A stretch of 56,510 nt of DNA, counting the filler, from Catajapyx aquilonaris (Eukaryota): the NCBI GenBank assembly GCA_000934665.2. It is 3 parts of 3 records of this genome, joined end to end, with 100 filler letters (N's around TTAATTAATTAA, not from the genome) between each part and the next. Parts side by side here need not be neighbours in the genome. Positions count along the whole stretch, not along the records: positions 37,743 to 56,510 come from JYFJ02006616.1; 2 more parts are not named here. One strand, given 5' to 3'. The notes under the pieces are model-generated. The model saw nothing but the letters and a program-made list of their open reading frames with translations. It was not told where the DNA came from and did not search any database. This document shows, in pieces, positions 49,470 to 56,510 of the stretch; the first letter of the stretch is position 1, and the number at the start of each line of letters is the position of its first letter. Position numbers and translations under genes: made by a program.

Positions 49470-50246
49470 AGCGGCCTCCTGACCTCGCTTGATAATATTT
49501 CCCAGAAAGTCTGACGCATTGGGGTATGAAGAGTAACTATGCCAAGATGGCTAAACGATGGTATATAACGCGTTCATTTCAATTAGAATTATTGAATGTA
49601 ATAAAGGCAATAATAATAACTGTGATAAAATTTTCAAACAAAGTGCGATGTTAATTATGACAATCGGGCCCAATTTCGATGCAAACCAGTATCGAAAAGA
49701 TAATAATATTTAGCTCCATGTCTACACTAGCCTTGGTGGGAATTGGAAAGTGTTCGGCCTTTCCCAGAAAGCACCAGTCTAAAGTGATTAGCACGTGTCA
49801 CCAACAGATCGGCACAGGTTCTCAGAAGCCCCTTTTGGATCGGAGCCATGCCAACATTGCCCGGCGGTCTTGGGCCTCTGGACTAACGATTGAATGAATC
49901 GGTAACGACGGTTACGCAATGACAATCTTACGTATCGTATTAGCAAATCCCTTTTGTGAATTTGTGATACCTTTGTCATGATGAAAATAACATATTCTAC
50001 GCTTATGGTTTAAAGTGAGTTGGTACAGTACAGTGTACCTTCACTTCTCAACAAACCCCTGGCCAATAGGTTCCTGTCCACATTGGTAATTATGTGAGAG
50101 AAATTGCAGATTGTAACATTGCAGACAGTGTCGTGATGTCATTCACTGCCACTGTCGCAATCTGAAGCAAGGTTGAACTGAATAATATGCGGAAGGGGTG
50201 AAGTGTCACTGTTGAAAAGTGGCTCCAACATACTCCAACAAAGAGC

Positions 50247-50484
50247 TTTGTTGATAATAGTTTACAAGAAAAAAACTGTAGAGTAGGCTATACAGTAGTG
50301 TTCTATCCTGCATGCAGGAGTCCTCGTCGTCCTCATCATCCGGGGGCTGACATAATGTGATCATTAGCTGTGTTAAGAAGCAGAAACCAAGTGTAGACAT
50401 TGACAATAAGGACTCCTGCACACATGCAGGATAGAACTAGTACTGATATGTATATATTATTTCTTGTATACTATTATCAACAAA
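50247..50484. repeat. Imperfect inverted repeat (MITE-like)
   Basis: TTTGTTGATAATAGTTTACAAGAAA / TTTCTTGTATACTATTATCAACAAA, with inner GTTCTATCCTGCATGCAGGAGTCCT / AGGACTCCTGCACACATGCAGGATAGAAC. Confidence 0.65.
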
Positions 50485-51243
50485 AATGATTATAATGAAA
50501 CAGAATTTCTTATACATCGATGTTTCTTAAGAGGAAACTGGAAAAAAGTTAAAGTTTTGTAACACAAGAATTTCCCTGCGTAATAAATATCCGGTCCATT
50601 TACGAGTATATGGTGACATTTTTTTTTTGTTAAAGTGTGTGAACTGCACACAACCAGGCTGTTCTGTTAACTCTTTTGAGATCAATTTTGATAAGTTGCC
50701 TAATAATCAGCAGAAAGCAATTCATAAGTTGTAATATGTATTACACAATATTTTAAAATATGTTCCTTATGCTCTACTAGAAATTTTTGACATTTCCTGT
50801 GATAGGAAAAATCTGAACAATGAATTTCAGCTGAACAGTTACACTTATCAAAACATTGATAAGTACATATTTACTGTAAATCTCATGCTAATTAACTTTT
50901 GTTTGAGTAGTCTTTTGATAATATTAACTGTTCAAAAAATAACGCGAAAATACCTGTTTTTTCCGCAATTTTTTCAAGATGGCGGTTGTGATAGGTAGCT
51001 AAAATCATGGCGACAAGTTGATTTCGCAACTTCTTCTCGTCCTTAACAACTTCCCACAAACAGATCAAAATTATCATTAAAATTACAGCGGCACGCAATT
51101 TTTGAACAATATCTTCCCGCGCTAACCCAGACGGAGGTAGTAATGGACATTGTCCGCTCGATTCTGGCTGAACGGTTACAGTTATCGTAATATTGATAGT
51201 GTACTTTTCGATGAGATATATATCTCTCTTTAAAAAACATTCT

Positions 51244-51600
51244 CGAACACCTACATTTTAAACTATTAATATAAATAAATAAAGGTAATCCTCACGAATT
51301 GATGCTTCATTATTTTTATTTATGCCAATAAGTAAACGCCGAACGCAAAGAAAAATACCACAAAAATTTTAACAAATTATCACTCGACCTGTAATTTTTA
51401 AATTTTCATCATTCTCTTCTTATATGCACGGTGCCGAAACTTAAACTAATTACAGTTCGAGTGATATTTTTTACACATTTTTGTGGTAATTTTCTTTGCG
51501 TTCGGCGTTTACTTCTTGCCATAAATAAAAATGATCAAGCATCAATTCGTGATGATTACCTTTATTTATTAATATTAATAGTTTAAAATGTAGGTGTTCG
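51244..51600. repeat. Inverted repeat with ~125-bp arms (fold-back/MITE-like)
   Basis: CGAACACCTACATTTTAAACTATTAATAT...GTAAACGCCGAACGCAAAGAAAA is mirrored by TTTTCTTTGCGTTCGGCGTTTAC...ATATTAATAGTTTAAAATGTAGGTGTTCG. Confidence 0.8.
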
Positions 51601-52599
51601 TTGTTTCCTGCTAATATATGTGTCGAGCGAGTTGTCGCCGGGCTAATAATTTGCTTCGGCCGAAGTGTGAATGAACCCACGATATAATATCCGGATAATA
51701 TGACATCACATGACAAAAGTTGGAAATTCTCTTCAGCTTAATATTAGGGGGAACGAAAGGGAACGTGTTGATCCAGTGCAGCGACACAGTATTTGACCCA
51801 CAACATACTGTGACCCACAACAATATAACACTAATATGCTGAGGACCTGAGGTGGTAAACAAGAACTGACGTTGCTAGGGGATGGCATCATGAACAAAAC
51901 AATGAGGAAATGACGGGTAAAATAAGAAGGGGGGGGNGAATAATAACGGATATCCCGAAGCAAATGTGAGGTTTTACACACAGATTCACACCTACATTAC
52001 GCATTCGGCCCTTTGCCGAAGAAACGGAAATCCGAATAGTTATTGAGAAAATAACATTTAAAAATAATTTACGAATGGTTTTTTTTGCGGAGTACTGAAG
52101 AGGAGTATGGTAAATATTATGTAAATGGTAGGAAATAAATTCACGACGCGACGGTGGGGATCTGTGTTCAAAATTTGGAAGCTCTACCTGCAGCAAAATG
52201 TGAGCTATAGGGTGAATAAAAACAAAACGTAACAAGCACAACAAGTTGGAGCAATTCATTATTGAAACGGCATATTCGGTCGTACTTAGGGGCTGCCGCC
52301 CGTAAAATTAATAATAATGATTTAAAAAAAATTATTGAAAAAGTCGGGTGGAATTTTCATGTCAGTCGCTGGGTAAGGAATAGCGGAATATAGGGAGGGG
52401 GGGGGGCTGAATGGTTGGTGATGGATCACTAGACAGGTCCAAAGCGATTAACAACACGGCCTCCATCGCAAGCTGCAGACCTAGAAAAACATGAGCGAAG
52501 AGAGGGTTTTTTTCTGATGCAGTAGTAATTTAAAGTTGGTAAATTCCTTCTACCTCTAGAGTGACAACTCTTATCGTCGTTCTTCGTCGTGCCTTGTAA

Positions 52600-53575
52600 A
52601 TGTCGTCAGTAAGGCAACGTTTGTTGGCCACAGGATGAGCTACATTCGCTTGGTGCCGTGATTGATTAAATCCAAAGCTGCATGACGTGTTAGTAGTGCT
52701 CGAAATGCTTGACTCGATGGACGATGGACAATGTGAATATTCCCTGGCAGATTAGACGGGAGGGGATGAAGGCAAAGTGAACGCAAGTGATAGAAAGAAA
52801 CCCTATTTGCGCATCCCCCCTCACCTCCCACCCAGTTGCTTACCACCACAAACATTCCCTCTCCCCTCTCCCCTAACCCCCCTTTTTTCCACGACCCTAT
52901 CATACACTCATCACTGTCATCAGAGACCCGTTTCCAGGCATTGCTCTTTCCCGCACCTTTGTCATTAGAGTTTTGTACTCTGTAGTTATTCTGTAGTTAT
53001 TCGAGCCTATTGGACCTACCTCATTCGTCATTCCGACTTCCGTGATACGGATCACGATGAAGTGCACGTCTGGACAAGGGTCATCCCAATTGCAGTAAGG
53101 TGAGCACATTATTCTGTGGGGTGGTCTAGATGGGTGGTGCATGAAGAGAGGGAATCAGACTGGAGACTGGCCTCATTCACTCTTCTTGTTCCAGACAAAG
53201 GTGTGCAGAGTTAGAGGAGAGATCCCCATATCCGCAGCCATGGAGATGATGAAGTTGGGCAGGTTCCCCTGTCCCCAGTGCCCCAACAACGTCTTCAAGA
53301 GGAAGATTGACCTGAGGGCACACAGCTTCACTCACTCCAGGTGGGACAGGGTCAAGGTGGAGCCGGAGGAGGAGGAGGCAGTGGAGGTCACAATCAGGTG
53401 CACCAAGGAGGAGGAGGAGAAGGTCAAGGAGTGTTGGAAAGGAAGGCTGGAGGTCAAAGTGGAGCCAGGGGAGGAGGAGGAGGAGGAGGGCAACAGCAGC
53501 CTGGAAAGTGACACTGGTGCAGACAGGGAGGAGACATCAGGGGATGGAAATGGAGACGGAGGAATGCGGAACCAG
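52600..53575 (+). CDS. 5' exons of a C2H2 zinc-finger protein (partial)
   Basis: Main exon 53195-53575 (acceptor TTGTTCCAG, donor CAG|GTGAGA) encodes FPCPQCPNNVFKRKIDLRAHSFTH, two VKVEP motifs and acidic tracts. Possible first coding exon ATGTCGTCA|GTAAGG (52600-52608) is in frame; alternative ATG at 53240. No later exons identified. Confidence 0.65.
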
Positions 53576-53799
53576 GTGAGAAGGCAGATTTGACATGTTC
53601 GCATGATGTGGTATAAACTTGCGTGGCTAAAGGTGAACTAAAATCCCAACAGTATATATATCAACCTTTAAAGAATCTGCCCATGCATACAGTCTCTGTT
53701 ACACTGACCACTGGTTTTTAGTGGTTGTTGTTTCCTATATACCGTTCTTTAAAAAAATACCCCGTGATAGGGGCTTAGCCCTTTGGCTCTCATAATTTG

Positions 53800-54000
53800 A
53801 TTCTGGTCATTTCTGACCTCTTACATACCAGTCCTTTTCTCCTGGACCTGGGCAGAGAAGGGAGCGCAATTATGCCCGGACGTGTCGGGTGAAAAGCGGA
53901 AAAAGACCCGACCAAGCGAAGGTGACGGGGACGGGATTTGAAGCTCGGACCTCCCGTTTGGCTGGCCAGTGGTGTAACCACCAGACCACCATGCCCACCC
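53800..54000 (-). mobile_element. tRNA-derived SINE (third family)
   Basis: Minus strand head GGGTGGGCATGGTGGTCTGGTGGTTA (A box) ... GAGCTTCAAATCCCG (B box), then a non-tRNA body. 3' end uncertain. Confidence 0.55.
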
Positions 54001-54016
54001 TGTCCTATGCACAGTA

Positions 54017-54855
54017 TTAGTGTCATTCAGATGAAAACGAGCCACGGTCATATACAAATAGCAAATTTACCAATATACGATGGCGAATTTACCGGATGGG
54101 TTTCTCTCGACATCTTATACACACAACGAAGGCCGTACTGGTGTAGTATTATGACTCACTACCAGTTGGCAGTTGGCAATTACATATCACTCGACACAGT
54201 CGCAGTGTGGTTTTGTCCCCTGTCCCCCGGACGTCCCTCGTCAAACAGACCGTCCTGTCAGATGTGGAAGCAACAAAATAATGCTGAGCAGCGAACGGCA
54301 ATCCGTTTTTGTACCGCAGAAGGTCTCGGGAGTACACAAATCCATCGCCGTACGAGTACCGTGAACTAAAAGGGCATGTATTTGTCCCGTTAAATCCTGG
54401 AGTTAGCTGTTTCCTTGCCCGGGCCTGGAATCACCAATCAACGACAACGGCCCCTCTCGGAACCGCTTACTCCAGGCTCAACACGTGACAAAGATATAAA
54501 GTTATAAACACTTCGTTCACGGTACCGGTACTCGTACGGAGATTGATTTCTGTACTGGCCCCACCGTCCTTCCGCGGTACAAATATGAATTACCGCTGGC
54601 TGATCAACATTCCTTGCTTCCATATCTGAATCTGATTAGTGTGTCTGGGTGGGCCGTCTCTTTCACTGGGGGGGGGGGGGNGGGGGGTTCCTGAACAAAA
54701 GTACACTGCGACAGTGTCGAGTGATCGAACAACTGTCAGTGTGTCATAATTAATACTACCCCGATACGGCCTTCCTTGTGTGTATAAGATGTCGAGAGCA
54801 ACCATCCGGAAAGTCGCTCTATGACCGTGCATCGTCTTCATCTGAATGACCCTAA
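54017..54855. mobile_element. Mariner-derived fold-back element with the 5' end in both arms
   Basis: Termini TTAGTGTCATTCAGATGAA / TTCATCTGAATGACCCTAA flanked by TA, with ~300-bp arms. Each arm encodes a mariner-transposase-like N-terminus: EQRTAIRFCTAEGLGSTQIHRR (+, from ATG 54262) and MEARNVDQPAVIHICTAEG (-, from 54623). Confidence 0.8.
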
Positions 54856-54971
54856 TAGTACGGTAGTATTGGCAGACAAATCTGTCAGTCAATATTTTCA
54901 TACCTGTTTCTTGATTGCTGAAACCATCATCGTCATCACCATCCCAGTCTTATGGGAAAATGCCGTGATGT

Positions 54972-54999
54972 ATGATGATGATGATGATGATGATGATTG
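54972..54999. repeat. (GAT)n microsatellite
   Basis: Short trinucleotide run. Confidence 0.85.
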
Positions 55000-56510
55000 A
55001 TTAGGGAAATCAATTGAATTATTCTGCGATTTCCCCCCTTCAAATGACACCAAAAAGTGCTTATAACGGTCCGGGATTTTCATTTTAATGGCAATGGTAA
55101 AGGATGGTTGGTTCTATTTACGAGTCATGCCATAAATACAGTATACACTGAAACTAATTTTTACAACAAAATTGATGCTTACAACAGGTGTGTGGCAATG
55201 TTACAATTAGTGTTGGGCAAAAGCTGCTTTTTTACAAAGCAGCTTCAGTAGTAACTGCTTTGTAAAAAAGCTGCTTTAAAAAGCAGTTTATTAATTATGT
55301 TAACATATTAATGTGTTAATTATTGTATTAAATCCCACTTTGGTAACAACCCACTTCTTGCATAACACATTATTTCAGGGGTATGTAGATAATAATAATT
55401 ATTCTTTGCATAATGTAACTGGGTCATTCCATGTCAATTCACCGAGACTGGACCCTTGGGTCGGTTTAGTTACGTCACAGAAGAATACCATTTGAGCGGT
55501 TTTGCGATGGACCCCCCCATACCCGGAGATACGCCCACCGGAAAAAAACTGCCTTTTCGGAAAATAGGGGTCTCAGAAATGGGACATATCTCGTGAAGCA
55601 ATTGATCTAGAAATGTCTTAGACAGTTAGACCACTCTTATTGGAAGGGACTCGAGAGCCCAATCTACCTGACCGTAGAAATACGGAATTTGACTTTTCTG
55701 AAAATTTTGTCTCAATTTGATCTTTTTTTCTTTTTGAAAAAATACCTGCAAATTTAAACATCCGATTTTTAAATATATTACACCTCAGACCTTGACCTTG
55801 ACATGAAAATTATCTGTAGGAGGCAATTTTCCATAAGGTGGATATGAACCTACTCTCTAGTCAACTGAGAGTCTAGAATGGGAAAGTTAATAAGAAGTGC
55901 TAAAATCAGGGAAACATACGCAACCGATGCAGCAGTAAATGCTGTTCAATCCTATGCATTCCATTCGAATCTGCGTTTTAAACTCGATTTAATATGGGCC
56001 TATTACCGGCTGGATGTTTTTGTGCGCAATCGCTATTTTCACACCTGCCAACTGTAACAAGGTATTTGGAGGTATTCTGAATATTTTTTTATTTTGGATG
56101 GAAACCGATTTTATTCTAATTACGAGGTCCCACTTTGTCATGGCATTTTTACAAGTTGATTTCCGAAAGGGGAGCCTGTAGCTCTTCATTTGTGCCTGAT
56201 TTGGTACGCATTGTGTTGGTATGCGTGTGCACAGATAGAAGTGGCAACGCAGCAAGGTCCGTCCCCTCGTACCCGCCTTCTGTCGCCACCGGAACAGCAA
56301 AGATTTCGTCCTGGCACTGCGATGAGTTACTTCTCACTTAGCAGTACCAGTGTTGGTACTGGAATAGCTCTCAGTTAGCAGTAACTAGCAGTGGGATTAA
56401 AATTCCACCCAAGGTTCTGCATATACTATCGAAAGAGAGCGACATAATAACCACTTGCGCACCCACGCCACGGTGCGGTGGCAGGGGCGGGGGAGTTGAA
56501 CGGGTTAACA

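Noticed and set aside
56149..56337. Possible terminal exon of a minus-strand gene
   Set aside because: A stop lies immediately upstream in frame, the acceptor is weak, there is no homology cue, and the contig ends nearby.
1..56510. CRISPR array or prokaryotic system
   Set aside because: No regularly spaced repeat-spacer array; spliceosomal introns, SINEs and arthropod-type receptor genes indicate animal DNA.

Overview
Eukaryotic DNA, most likely arthropod. The window is three unrelated ~18.77-kb contigs (1-18778, 18879-37642, 37743-56510) joined by synthetic N44-TTAATTAATTAA-N44 linkers, so adjacency across the linkers means nothing. Contig 1 has no gene I can support, only SINEs (two Lm1/Talua-type copies and one V-SINE, with TSDs), hAT, Kolobok and Harbinger-like MITEs, and microsatellites. 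Contig 2 holds three intact tandem 10-exon DEG/ENaC (pickpocket-family) channel genes that all have Asn at the amiloride-binding pore position. Contig 3 holds four things. (i) Two tandem 5-exon genes, largely missed by the ORF track, for small secreted prepropeptides (signal peptide, CxxGxC pro-region, LVKR site, Gly/Lys-rich cationic domain); I recognise no family, and this is the best candidate for an undescribed system. (ii) A tandem array of intronless divergent ionotropic receptors (one intact, one disrupted, one deleted relic) sharing an identical 27-bp RFX/forkhead-like upstream element. (iii) The 5' part of a C2H2 zinc-finger gene. (iv) Several fold-back elements, including a mariner whose 5' end is duplicated in inverted orientation. 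Exon models were spliced and translated by hand; no database searches were run.
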